DNA of 63,502 nucleotides, filler included, from Pelomyxa schiedti (Eukaryota > Protista > Evosea), in the NCBI GenBank assembly GCA_020536535.1. It is 5 parts of 5 records of this genome, joined end to end, with 100 filler letters (N's around TTAATTAATTAA, not from the genome) between each part and the next. Parts side by side here need not be neighbours in the genome. Positions count along the whole stretch, not along the records: positions 21,265 to 29,780 come from JAHLWZ010001316.1; positions 29,881 to 60,239 come from JAHLWZ010000405.1; 3 more parts are not named here. One strand, 5' to 3'. This document shows, piece after piece, positions 25,500 to 36,278 of this stretch. Each line of letters starts with the position of its first letter. Positions within the stretch are counted from its first letter, which is position 1. The notes beneath the pieces are model-generated. The model was not told the DNA's origin, did not search any database, and worked only from the letters and a program-made list of their open reading frames with translations. Position numbers and translations under genes: made by a program.

Positions 25500-25897
25500 G
25501 GTGTGCCTCGAGTGACGTCGGCAGAAATACCGATTATTTTTTTCGTATTTATTGCTTAGAGGAATTGATTGGGCTTTTTAAATTTTTACAATTTCAGGTC
25601 CACGTGGGACTGGTGTTTTGGTGTGAGGTGCAGATTCTCAAGTGAATGTTGTGTGATGTTAGTCTCCTCCCATGGTAAGAGGTCCGTGCTTTTCAATAGT
25701 TTCTACTGTGTTGCGGAAGGAATACTGACCGGCTCTGATTAGGTTCAGAATGGATTCCGGAGGTGGCCCTGTTGCGTTTTGTTAAGCTTTTGGTTATTCA
25801 GTACGAGGGGGGGGGGGAGATAGGTAATACCGTCGTCGGCCATTGTGTAAACATTATACTTGAGTACTGTTAGCAAAAGTGGGACCAAGGTTGTTGT

Positions 25898-28069
25898 TTA
25901 TTCAACCTTTTTTGCTGCTTTTGCAGCTTGTTCTTCGGGATCCATTGGGTCCCAAGAATGTAAACAATCCTGTTCAGTGTCAAACGAACTTATTCCCAGC
26001 TCTTGCATCAATGCGGCCATGAATACATCCGTCCTTGCATATATTCGTACGCTGGCCATTGAGTCGTACGGCGTGTTCTGCAAGTTCACGATGATTAACT
26101 TACTTGATGCGGAATCACCAAGACATTTTTCGGGGTAGCTAGATGCACTTTGCACATTAAGGGATGAACCCAAGACAAGCATTGCATTTGCTTTTCTGGA
26201 ATGATAAAGAGCTGTCATTGGATCCATTGGTGTGCGGTATAAATCCCTGGTAGATTACTTCAGTGGCCGATATGGTGACAGGACCATACGAGAAATGTAC
26301 AATTGTATCCATAAGTTTTTCGTGGCACCACTTGCATGACCGACCTGTTATATGATCCCTATTTGGGAATCCTGTCATTACGTCAAAGCTTCTCAGATGT
26401 GTTTTTCCGCATCCCCTGCACCACTCTTTGTAGCATGAACCGTGCAGCTCAACTATCATATGGGGAGGAAGACCACTGCGAAGATGCAGACCTTTCTATG
26501 TAAGTAAAAGGGTAATTTATTGCATTTACCATCCATATTTGTAGTGATGATGAAGTGCAGCAGATTTCTACGAGCAAGTTCAGTGACCGCGTAGTGTGCA
26601 AGTGTTGGTCTTGCTCTAGATACATTTTTTCCTTTAACGTGCTCCCCTTTGTCTTTGAGGGTCCACATGCCCTACAAATTGAGTTTAGTGGGTGCCACAT
26701 AAATCTGCGGCCTACTTGGGGGCCTCGGAAGTCAGGAATACCTCCTGATGTGCTTATTCCAGCACCAGTGAAACATACATTATGGCTTCCTCTCTTTAAA
26801 ATTTCCGCCACCTCTCTTACCTTTGTAAATTTAGTTTTCCTGTCTTATCCAGAAAAATACTTTTTGCTGAAGAACTGACACAGAATCTTCGTATTCCACT
26901 CTTTCAGCGTCATATGCTGCCTGGAGTTCGGCTTTACTAAGTAGAAAAGGAGTTGCCCTCAAAGTGGAAAGACTCTATTTAGTGCAGCATTAGGGAAAGG
27001 CAGAGTGAAGGTCAGACTCACTCTCAGAATTGCTTCGGTGGTCGGTAAGCCCATTGGTAAGTTGTGGGCGTCATCTTCAGGGAGGCATGCCTGAGTAACC
27101 CTGTTCAGTTGCTCAAGGATGACTTCACCTTCGCTTGTAACCTTTACAAGTCCGTCATCTATGCATTTTCTTAGAGGAAAAAGAAAAAAGGGAGGGATTG
27201 ACCATTGGCAGTAGCAAGTAAGACATTGTGGATGTAATTGATAGGGAAAAGAGATGTGCACCACTGTTTTGCTGTTATACTTGGGGGAACTTCCAGTGTA
27301 TTCAACACTTTATACTGAAAAAGGGAATGAGTCAAATGAGATGATTCTCTTGCTGTTAATTACCCTGAGAGTATAGGACAGTAAAGTGTTCGACATCTCA
27401 GCACGTTGAACAGTGTTTCCAGAACAACCCTCGCGCCAAAGAATTCGCACGTTCTCCAACAATGCCTCATCACCTAGAACGACAACTTTGGAGTTGACTG
27501 TTCCGTAACACTCCACCTTAAATGCACATTAGATATCATCCAAACATATAGCACAGTACCTTCCTAGCATCGACGTCTTCAATCTCCAATGTGCACGAGT
27601 CACAATTGACCATCCTCACAGTTCGTGATGTCAAAACCACACTATCCAATATCGAGATAGTGCAATTCCTACAACCCACGCATACAACCATAGATAATCT
27701 CTATTCACATTCAGTCAATTAACCAAAAACATCCAAGCACAACTACCAATTCAAAAAAAAAAAAAGAAACACCTGGTTCTGGGCAACAGTATAAGAACAA
27801 GATAGAGCAGCAGAGATGATCACCACGTCGTTCGAGAAGCACTGCAACACGCGCTTCATCTCGCCCCGCCCTCCCTCGTGAACAACAGGCCTCTTGGCCA
27901 CCCTGGCAAAGCACCCAGTCCCAGTCCCAGTCCCACTCACACTCCCGAGTACTTGTGGTTGCGAGGCAAGGCACCCGTCGCCTCCATTGTGGGACGTGGT
28001 GGCTGTAGTTGTCGTGGTGTGGGCGCCTGGTGTGCTGGTATTACTGGATGTGTCAGTCTGGTCCAGCAT
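25898..28069 (-). CDS. Class IV (SIRT6/7-like) sirtuin with N-terminal CARP/C-CAP-like beta-helix extension
   Basis: Sirtuin core: [75 protein letters not shown]. Upstream exons: [13 protein letters not shown]...[13 protein letters not shown]...[11 protein letters not shown] and [11 protein letters not shown]...GLPTTE, which splice in frame to ..[27 protein letters not shown]. Confidence 0.8.
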
Positions 28070-28227
28070 TGTTGCGATGAAGGTGATTCAAAAGGTTTGG
28101 TTTTGGAGCCTCAAAAACAGGCCCACGCCCGTTGGGTCATTTTCAGCGGAACAGGGGTTTTCAGAGGGTCTTTTGTTGGAACGAAAAGGCTTCCAGGAAA
28201 GCGCCCAAGTTGATCGGGTGCGGCTCG

Positions 28228-29713
28228 ATGTCGCGGTGGTTCGCCGTGTCGTTCCGGAAGCTGTTCGTGCTGGTGTTTGTTTGCGGCGTACTTATGGGAA
28301 TAGTGAACCTGGCCCTGCCCATAATCCGCGGTTGGCCTTCGCAACGCCAACAAAACCTACCACCTCCCACACCGACGCAGACAGTAACCCATAATCAAGA
28401 ACCCAGGTGCGGCGGTATGTGCACAGTCCACCATCTGCCCCCGCTCCCGGCACCTCCAAATGATGGGATCCTGAAAAGCCGTGTCCACGAGCTCATGTTT
28501 TCGCCCGGGGCCGAAATGCAACTGCACGAACAAGAAAATCCACATCCGCAACATTTCAAAGTGTCGAGGAGAGTTTTCCCTGAGGTAGGTCTTTGCCTTT
28601 TGTACTTATTTCCATTTTTGTGGAACTCAACTCATTGTAGCTAAATAGCACTGTTTGCATTACTGCACTGAGTTGCAAACGGCGTCAGTTACTTGAACAA
28701 TCGCTGGAGTCTGTCATATACCATATGGAAAATTTTGAACCTCGCTCCCTTAGGTATGATCAATTTACCTTTACAAATTTTATCTGAAACAAAAGGGATA
28801 TTTTTATATAGATACCAAATCGTAGTCACTGACAACTCTGGTGACATACCACAGACCTACGACCTCGCCACGCAGTTTCCAATAGAAAAAATTGCAACGT
28901 TTGCAGTACTCCTCTATTCTCCAAATCCCATCTAAAAGGTTCACAGGAAAATTTAGGGCAAGGTTGATTGAGAGTAGTTGTTTAGGTTTCCCTAATCACT
29001 TCACTTAGGATATGGTTTCAACATGGCATACTTCTCTCTGTGCAGATGGTCGAAGTATATTCTTTCCATTGAAGATGACTGGCTTTGGGAAAAAGCATTT
29101 AACTTCTCTGTAATTGCCGATGTAGTCTGCCTGCACTTTATCCTTTAGAATTCACATTCACGGAACAGGCCATTGACGTAATGGAGACTGACCACCGCGT
29201 ATCAACTGTAAATTTACGGAATAGAGTGTTCTGGCGTGGAGAGAACAAGACAACACCAAACGGCGTTTCTTACAATTATTGGATGCAATCCAAGTCGTGG
29301 GGCCCATATACTGCAGGTTACTATCAGAGTCACCGATGTGGAGAGTTGATAATAGCTTAAAGGAGATAGGTTCTTTGCTGCATTATGACAGAGTTCTATC
29401 TGGAGGTCTCTGGGAAGAAACTAAAACAGTATTTCATGGTGGGGGAGGCAAAAGTGCAGAATCCAATTTTGCTTTGCGGCTCAGAGTGAGTACCCATACA
29501 TAGTTACACCAAATCAACTAACCAGCAAACAAGAACAAAGGATTCAAAGGAGCGGAATTGACTTTCCCCGATGGCAGGACCATACACCCACTCTCGCACC
29601 TTGCAAACAAAAACCACGCTCCTTGCTCAAAAGCTCGATTACAAGAGGTGTACCTTGGGCTGCCAAACACAAGGCCTGACTGTCACACAATTCCAGAAGA
29701 ATGGCTAGACTAA
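28228..29713 (+). CDS. Type II membrane GT-A fold glycosyltransferase (GT2-like), multi-exon
   Basis: N-terminal signal-anchor (FRKLFVLVFVCGVLMGIVNLAL) and Pro-rich stem. Spliced core reads CITALSCKRRQLLEQSLESV, IVVTDNSG, GYGFNMA..YILSIEDDW. Confidence 0.55.
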
Positions 29714-29780
29714 AAGAAGATTTTGTACAAAAAAACATAGACTTTGGCCATTGTCGTGGTTTGGTTCTTGGCTCGTTCCT

Positions 29781-29880
29781 NNNNNNNNNNNNNNNNNNNN
29801 NNNNNNNNNNNNNNNNNNNNNNNNTTAATTAATTAANNNNNNNNNNNNNNNNNNNNNNNNNNNNNNNNNNNNNNNNNNNN
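29781..29880. other. Artificial contig-join spacer N44-TTAATTAATTAA-N44
   Basis: Linker at 29825-29836. Confidence 0.95.
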
Positions 29881-30226
29881 CTTCTCTCTCGGCGCCGCTG
29901 TGCCTCGGCCGGGGGTGGTGGAGGAGGAGCCAGCGCAGGCACGAGGGGGCGCCAGCCTCGGCCGCGGCCTCGAGGGAGTCGCGGGAGCGGCGGGATCGCC
30001 CAAGGAGGGACCGGCAGGCGCGGGGCACGAGGGGGAACAGGGCCTCCCCGGCGCGGCACAGCGCCACGGCCGCCCGCAGCCACGACTGCGGCGACCCCCC
30101 GTCGTCCGGGGGGAACACGACGAGCCAGGGGATCGCCCACTCCCACACGATCTGCGAGACACCCACAATGCGCTCGTGGTACTGCTCCCTTGTTCTCCTG
30201 TCGTCCTCCGTTGTTGTACGTTTCAT
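29881..30226 (-). CDS. 5' fragment of ankyrin-like family gene (near-identical to 49561-49915)
   Basis: MKRTTTEDDRRTREQYHERIVGVSQIVWEW... runs into the scaffold end. Confidence 0.7.
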
Positions 30227-30376
30227 TCTATGATTTCGCTTTGGCGACGATCACGAAATGGATATCCATTCACGAAATGGAATGATTTAATTCTGTTGGT
30301 TATTTTCTTCAGCGCCCACAATAAGCATGGTGGTGCGACACACTGTTTGAATTTTCAATCAAACAGTTCGGGGATA

Positions 30377-30778
30377 TCAACACTTGGTCAGAGCGTTGTT
30401 GTCGTCATCGTCATCGCCGTCAGTGGATGATGGTAGGGCACCAGCAAGCCAGAGTACAACACTTGCACGGAAAGATCCTGGCAGATTGGCCTCTGCAATG
30501 TCGGCAATGGTCATTTCAGGGAACATTCCCATTGTGTATTGTGCAATCACTGGTGACTGGCACACAATACACATCAGCTTCTGCTTCACTGTTGACACTG
30601 TGATTTCTGGGAACACTCTCAGCATCATCTGCCATGTTTGAAGGTCAAAAAACCCACGAGAAAAGATGTTCAAGTGCATGTCTTTGTTCAAGACCTAACA
30701 AGTCACAGTTAAGTCTTGAGGGTGAACAGAATGAAGTTGAATATTACCTCATCCAAAGAGAAGTGGAACATGTTGATG
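30377..30778 (-). CDS. 3' fragment of ankyrin-like family gene (near-identical to 50058-50450)
   Basis: Last exon ..DLQTWQMMLRVFPEITVSTVKQKLMC.. plus the preceding HFSLDE/ donor; the upstream part lies in the gap. Confidence 0.65.
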
Positions 30779-30878
30779 NNNNNNNNNNNNNNNNNNNNNN
30801 NNNNNNNNNNNNNNNNNNNNNNNNNNNNNNNNNNNNNNNNNNNNNNNNNNNNNNNNNNNNNNNNNNNNNNNNNNNNNN

Positions 30879-31424
30879 GACAGGGGAAGAGTCTCACCTT
30901 TAGCTTCCGGCGATTTGAACTTATCTTCAGTCTTTCCGGAAGCATGCCCAAAGTAAACAGCAAGTTTCTTCTGTGATGGCGAAAGGTAACACACTCCTTA
31001 TGTGAGTTAAAAAATACAGTATTTTGGTGCACTCGCTTGCCAACAACCAAAGATTAGTTTATATATCTACTAGCATTACTAGCAAACTCTTTACGGTACC
31101 CCAACGTACTAGTAGTACAGGTTTTTATTAACAACACCACAAAGCGAACTAACCAAACATGTTTGACTCGAGGATTTTGTTGTAAGTTGCACCATTGCGA
31201 TGTAACACCACGGCCACCAATCTCGGCGTGTCGTGTGTCACCCAGCTACTCCACGCAACAGTTCGCCCTGTGTGTGTCTGTGTGAGGTAGGTGTTTATGC
31301 ATAGCCGCAACACAAGGGTCGGATGAACGCACTAGGTACCGTAGTCGACCCCATTGTGGGATGTGGTCACAATGCTCAGAGGCTGCTTCACCAGACCGTG
31401 CTCGCTGTCAATCGTTTCGTTCAT
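30879..31424 (-). CDS. Flavin reductase-like FMN-binding protein (flavoredoxin/DIM6-NTAB type); 3' end lost in gap
   Basis: Three exons splice in frame to MNETIDSEHGLVKQPLSIVTTSHNGVDY/GRTVAWSSWVTHDTPRLVAVVLHRNGATYNKILESNMF/GVCYLSPSQKKLAVYFGHASGKTEDKF. This follows the family pattern vvTt..g..g.t..w...s..Pp.v.v...T...i.....F.vn.L...q..la..fg..SG...dKf. Confidence 0.72.
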
Positions 31425-31761
31425 CAACCGGTCTCCCCACGCAAACAAAAAAAAGTGCTTGTGTGTCAAACTAAGATCAAGCAATCATGGGGGTTGTTGT
31501 TCTGGGGATCATGCGCGGGCACACACTTGTGGGTGTGGGCCCACGACTTGTTTTGTTTCATCATTCACACAAGTAAGAGAGAAGCGGCGAGTCAGGCAAT
31601 ATATTTTCTGGGCTTGGTTCCAGGTTGTGGAATTATTATGGGTGGTTGTGTAATGTGGGGGTTGGAGGTTTGTTTGTTTGTTTGTGTAGGTGTGTTACAG
31701 TGCAATGTGCGTGTGCTTTTGCTTGTGTGTGCGGATTGGGTTTGTGAGTAGTTAGGATTCA

Positions 31762-32778
31762 TCAGTCGGCATGTGCGCCGTCTCCTCTGCCTAGTTGGTA
31801 TCCCGCACCCCACTGGTATCTGGGAGGGTCAACCTGGCCTGGGGCCGCGAACTGCCCTACATCGCCGTACACGCCGGCCACGGTCCTGGGACCGGGTGGC
31901 AGCAGGTTTGTGAGCCACTGGGGCGTGCGGATCAGTGTGACGTGATGTGTGTTCGGCAGTATGTCCGCTACGAAGATGTAGGCGTGTCCAACAACTATTC
32001 CTAGAAGGTCCGGGATTGGGTTACTGCCAGTGAGAAGTCCGAAGCCGGTCATGACCCAGGGAAGGTACAGGGCTTTGAATCTGGTATTCTGATGAGATTC
32101 GTAGGTAATGCATTGGGGGTTGGCAAGTGAACCTAATTCCAAACATGAAGGTCATAGGCGCTTCAGGGTGTTTTCTGGACCACACATATATTATGGACAT
32201 TACAATCGATCCCGATAGTACTGGCAGATTCAGCAAGAATCCAAGCAACTAGGGCAAGTTAGTATAAAATTTCTAGAAGCTCAACGCGAGTACTAGTAGC
32301 AGTATAGAGTTAAAAAGGATCATTGTGAGGTAGTCAGCAGGTCTCCCTCTGAAGTCGTCTTCCTCGAGGCTGCGTGAATGGCGATACCTAAAGTGCCGAA
32401 TTATTCAGTTGGAAAATCCTCAGTTTCTAGTGCATACAAGAAATACAGTTGAAACATGAAGTGAAAGCTAAGCTTCCATAAGAAGAAGCAAGTAAAAATT
32501 CTCCACACCTTAGAAAACTCTCAACGGGTGTGTATACAGTTTTTAAGGAGGCAAACCTGCAAATACCGAAAAACGGCGTCGAAGCTGAGCAATAGCCTCT
32601 CCACGGAAATCAAACCAAAACTGGCCGCAAGCGTAAATCCACCATGCAGTGAGATCTACCAAGGGAAATAGTGAGGGGTATGTTGTGGTAATTTCTTTTT
32701 TTTTGTCTCTGTCCACTTTCACACCTGCCATTTTGTAACTTGCGGTACCGTCGCCCACCACGCCGAGATGTCGCCCAT
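31762..32778 (-). CDS. DERL: Derlin (Der1-like ERAD component)
   Basis: MGDISAWWATVPQVTKW start; SIVMSIIYVWSRKHP...FMFGIRF/KALYLPWV...LLGIVVGHAYIF..LP...LIRTPQWL; C-terminal YQWGAGYQLG (SHP-box-like). Confidence 0.92.
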
Positions 32779-33107
32779 TGCTTGTTGTTATGAGATTGTT
32801 CCTCTATATCACTGTTCTAACAATCGTTAAATTTCCGCAAACGACCACGTCACCCACCCGCCGTCCGATGCCACCCGATTATTATTTTTCGTGTGACTCC
32901 AATCAAGACTCAAGAACATGACCCTTGCCCTTGGAAGGGCAGTAGTGCCAGACAAAAACCAATACAGGAACACCAACAGGTAGATGTGGGTAGGTAAGAC
33001 CACGATCAGATCCCAGTGTATCACTAGTGTTTCGGTGAAGATCAGGTCCCACAATTTCCGGTTGGTTCCGGGGGTTTTTTTTCGGGGCTCAGTTGAAGGA
33101 AGAACTC

Positions 33108-33322
33108 ATACCTTCTCGGCCTTTTGGCTAAGATCAAGTGTAGTATCTGTTCTTTTCAGCTTAATATCTGAAAGCTGCCCATTGGGTGGCATCGATATTA
33201 AACTTATTTTTTGTGGGGTTGTTGGGGGTGTCCTCTTGGTGGTGGGGCTTGCTCTGCCGCCAAGCTGGGTGCCCTCCTGATTGCCCAGGCACTGCACTGC
33301 CGCCTCGTGTGGTCAGCCCCAC
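33108..33322 (+). ncRNA. U2: U2 spliceosomal snRNA (3' end approximate)
   Basis: ATACCTTCTCGGCCTTTTGGCTAAGATCAAGTGTAGTATCTGTTCT is the conserved U2 5' end with branch-point-binding GTAGTA (33140-33145). Stem IIa TTTCAG/CTGAAA, stem IIb GCTGCCC/GGGTGGC, IIc ATATTAA and Sm site ATTTTTTG (33206-33213) follow. Confidence 0.97.
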
Positions 33323-33417
33323 TCTCATCAATGAACAAAAAACCGACTTGGCCTTCAACTAACAATCAATCAATCAAAGAGCAACAATCACAGAGACTAT
33401 TAACGAAACACCCACCA

Positions 33418-34713
33418 ATGATCCGGTCGATTACGCTACTCGACGTTCGAAAGCAATTTCTTGCGGCGTGCATGGGCACACACGAAAGGTGCGGGAGAAT
33501 GATGACGTCATCGTCACCGCCGTCGGGGGTGGTGGAGGCCACGGGTGGGCAGTTGCAGACTGTGGTTGTGATCGGGATGGTTCTTAGGCTTGTGTGGGAC
33601 TGGGTCATCAACTGTGGCCCCGTCAGGTTCTTCTCTGTTCCTGTGCATTCATTGTGGCCAAGGTACAAGAACCAGACGCCACTTTGCACTCGGTCAGCGT
33701 CCTCGTTGTTCACTTTTGGAGTGTCACTTGTGACCCTTGGTGTGGTTCCAAATCACACCAAATTGTGGAGATTTGAGAGTGAGTCCAGGAACCGTAAGGT
33801 TCGTGTTATGGTTGGTGCGAATCAGCAGTTTTACCAGTCTAGGACAGTGGTGCCTGGGTACCGTGAGTGTGGCCATGTTGGGAGAGTTGTTGATGAGTGT
33901 GTGTGGGCTGACGGCAGGTGTGATTCAGAGAATACCGTAGTGTGGGAAATTGAGGGGTTGTCCTATGCTTCAAGTGGTGTAAATCACAGGTGGTGGGTTT
34001 TGCGCGACAACATTGCAGACGAATCATTAGTTATTAATTTGCACCAGCAACACCATTCTGTGAAGGATTTGCAGAGAGCCATCCGGACTCCGTTTCGCAA
34101 TCCCTGTAGAATACACATTTTTATGAATCACACTAATGGCGACGAAGCTGTATTCGTTTCCCAGGATCGGCATTGCGTGGAAATCATAGTTTCCAATCTG
34201 GGCAAGATGTGGTCTACACAAGAATTCAGTTCAATAAGCATTACAAAGTGTCTGCTTTCAGGAACTGAGCTATGTTGCATTGGCCAGGTTCTGGTTCTCA
34301 AAACGCAATTGGATACATATGCCTTCATTGTGATGTCACACAGAAGCCGTGATTCAATTATAAGCCAGTACATGCAGTCTAATGAACTCCAAAATCCGCA
34401 ATCTGTCCACCACTACAAAAGAACTCCTGGCCAGGAACCCACTCTGTCACAGCTCAGCGAGAGCCTATATTGTGTATCCACTTCCACGTCTTTTGAAATT
34501 TGGGACTGCAACAGCCCCAACAGTGCCATCAGGGTTATTGACAACCAAAGTGATGACTGCAATATGATTGTTGGTCATACTGGATTCCTGTTTCAAATCC
34601 GGGATGATTCCATTATAGTCTCTGAGTACACTTCTGGTGTTCACATTCTTAGGCTTCCTGTTCTCAGTGAATATCGCCACGAGTTTGCATCAATCTTTTC
34701 TTTCGTGCTGTGA
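33418..34713 (+). CDS. Orphan expanded-family protein, tandem copy 1
   Basis: Intronless ORF; DVRKQFLAACMGTHERCG...RLVWDWV. C-terminal LSQLSESLYC...EIWDCN suggests beta-propeller-like repeats. Paralog of 34812. Confidence 0.75.
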   Translation: MIRSITLLDVRKQFLAACMGTHERCGRMMTSSSPPSGVVEATGGQLQTVVVIGMVLRLVWDWVINCGPVRFFSVPVHSLWPRYKNQTPLCTRSASSLFTFGVSLVTLGVVPNHTKLWRFESESRNRKVRVMVGANQQFYQSRTVVPGYRECGHVGRVVDECVWADGRCDSENTVVWEIEGLSYASSGVNHRWWVLRDNIADESLVINLHQQHHSVKDLQRAIRTPFRNPCRIHIFMNHTNGDEAVFVSQDRHCVEIIVSNLGKMWSTQEFSSISITKCLLSGTELCCIGQVLVLKTQLDTYAFIVMSHRSRDSIISQYMQSNELQNPQSVHHYKRTPGQEPTLSQLSESLYCVSTSTSFEIWDCNSPNSAIRVIDNQSDDCNMIVGHTGFLFQIRDDSIIVSEYTSGVHILRLPVLSEYRHEFASIFSFVL

Positions 34714-34811
34714 ACTACCCCACCACAACAAGATAAGCAATAGTAAAAAATGAATGCATCAAGTTAACAGCCATCAATTTCACGTAAAGTGTCCATAAAA
34801 GGATACCCTAG

Positions 34812-36116
34812 ATGAGCAACAAGGAAGAAGCGATGGCAGTACTTGACGTTCGAACGCAATTTCTTGCGGCGTGCATGAGCACGCACAAGAGGTGCGGGAG
34901 GGTGATGACGTCATCATCACCGTCGTCGGGGGTGGCAGAGGCCACGGGTGGGCAGTTGCAACCAACAACCGTGACGGCGGTTGTTGTGATTGGGACGGTT
35001 CTGAGGCTTGTGTGGGACTGGGTCATCAACTGTGGCCCCGTCAGGTTCTTCTCTGTTCCTGTGTATTCACGAGGCACGAATGCCAGCATCCATCCACTTT
35101 TCACAGAGTCAGCATCCTCGTTGTTCACGTTTGGGGTGTCACTAGCGACCCTCGGTGTGGTCCCGAATCACACGAGGTCGTGGAGGTGCAGGATCCCCCC
35201 AAGGAGTGCTGCGATCCACTTGATGATTGGCGCAAATCAGCACCTGTATCAGTCAATGACTGTTGTACCTTATAATATCACCTCCGCTCACATTGGAAGA
35301 GTGGGGGATGAATGTGTGTGTGGGGGAGGAAGCGGTGCTTCTGATGGTAATGTGGCAGCGGTACTCTATAGCTATAATTATTCAAGTGGTGTCAATCACA
35401 AGTGGTGGGTGATCGGTGATAACGCATCAAATCATTTCAGGGTAATGCTTTTGGACCAGCAATCCAAGAAAGAAAGCATAGCCATTCCGTTTCGAAATTC
35501 CCAGCCTGTGGATGTTTTTATGAATCAGGTTAACCATGATGAAGCTGTATTTGTTTCCGAAGGCCTGGACCTCGCCTGCATTGAAATCACAGTTGCAAAC
35601 CTAGATCACCTATGGTCACAACAAGTACTTGGCTCAACAACTACTACAAGGTTACTGATGTCAGCCGAAACTGTTAATAGCCTACTTTTCATTTGCCCAG
35701 TACTGGTTCTCAAAACACAATTGAAGAGATATGCCTTTGTGGTTCTTACACACAAGAACTCTGGAGCCACTCAGCTTTTTCAGTGCTTACAGTCTTATGA
35801 AGCAGACCCCAATCTCTGTCAGAGGAACTACGGAGAGGAAGCTGCACTCTCACAGCTCAGTGAGAGTCTCTACTGTGTATCACATATCAAAGGGTGTGAA
35901 ATTTGGGACTGCAACAACACCCACAACGCCATCAGGGCCATTGACCCCGGCGATTGCTGCCAAAACATCGTCGGTCACTCTGGGTTCTTGCTCCACGTGA
36001 GGGACGATGGCCACATCGCAGTCACTGACTACGCTTCAGGTGCCGAGGTGCTGAGGCTCCTTGTTCCCAGAGAGAACCGCCACCAGGTTGGGGCAATGTT
36101 TTCTTTCATTCTCTGA
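34812..36116 (+). CDS. Orphan expanded-family protein, tandem copy 2
   Basis: 434-aa ORF; its N-terminal region is near-identical to copy 1 and it diverges downstream; both end FSF(V/I)L. Confidence 0.75.
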   Translation: MSNKEEAMAVLDVRTQFLAACMSTHKRCGRVMTSSSPSSGVAEATGGQLQPTTVTAVVVIGTVLRLVWDWVINCGPVRFFSVPVYSRGTNASIHPLFTESASSLFTFGVSLATLGVVPNHTRSWRCRIPPRSAAIHLMIGANQHLYQSMTVVPYNITSAHIGRVGDECVCGGGSGASDGNVAAVLYSYNYSSGVNHKWWVIGDNASNHFRVMLLDQQSKKESIAIPFRNSQPVDVFMNQVNHDEAVFVSEGLDLACIEITVANLDHLWSQQVLGSTTTTRLLMSAETVNSLLFICPVLVLKTQLKRYAFVVLTHKNSGATQLFQCLQSYEADPNLCQRNYGEEAALSQLSESLYCVSHIKGCEIWDCNNTHNAIRAIDPGDCCQNIVGHSGFLLHVRDDGHIAVTDYASGAEVLRLLVPRENRHQVGAMFSFIL

Positions 36117-36278
36117 GAGAGAGACATAAATCTAATCCTTCCTAAAACAACAACCCAAGGGACAAACCTGTTTGTTTCTTTTTGCAAGTCGACAGTCTTC
36201 CCTCTCGTCATCCATCAGAGTAACTTCGTCGGCGAAAAAAAAAAAAAAATAAAACACAACAAACAAGAGTCTGGGGAG

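Noticed and set aside
25645-25745. Box C/D snoRNA
   Set aside because: The box C match is imperfect (GTGATGT), with no terminal stem and no rRNA-complementary guide I can verify.
9224-28069. NAD+/ADP-ribose gene cluster (Nudix + ART-WWE helicase + sirtuin)
   Set aside because: The Nudix carries MTH1-type motifs rather than ADP-ribose pyrophosphatase ones, and the sirtuin lies beyond an artificial join.
33106-33358. Minus-strand ORFs (..SDIKLKRTDTTLDLSQKAEK..) and the 5' extension of ORF 33211-34713
   Set aside because: They are translations of the U2 snRNA locus; the real protein most likely starts at ATG 33418.
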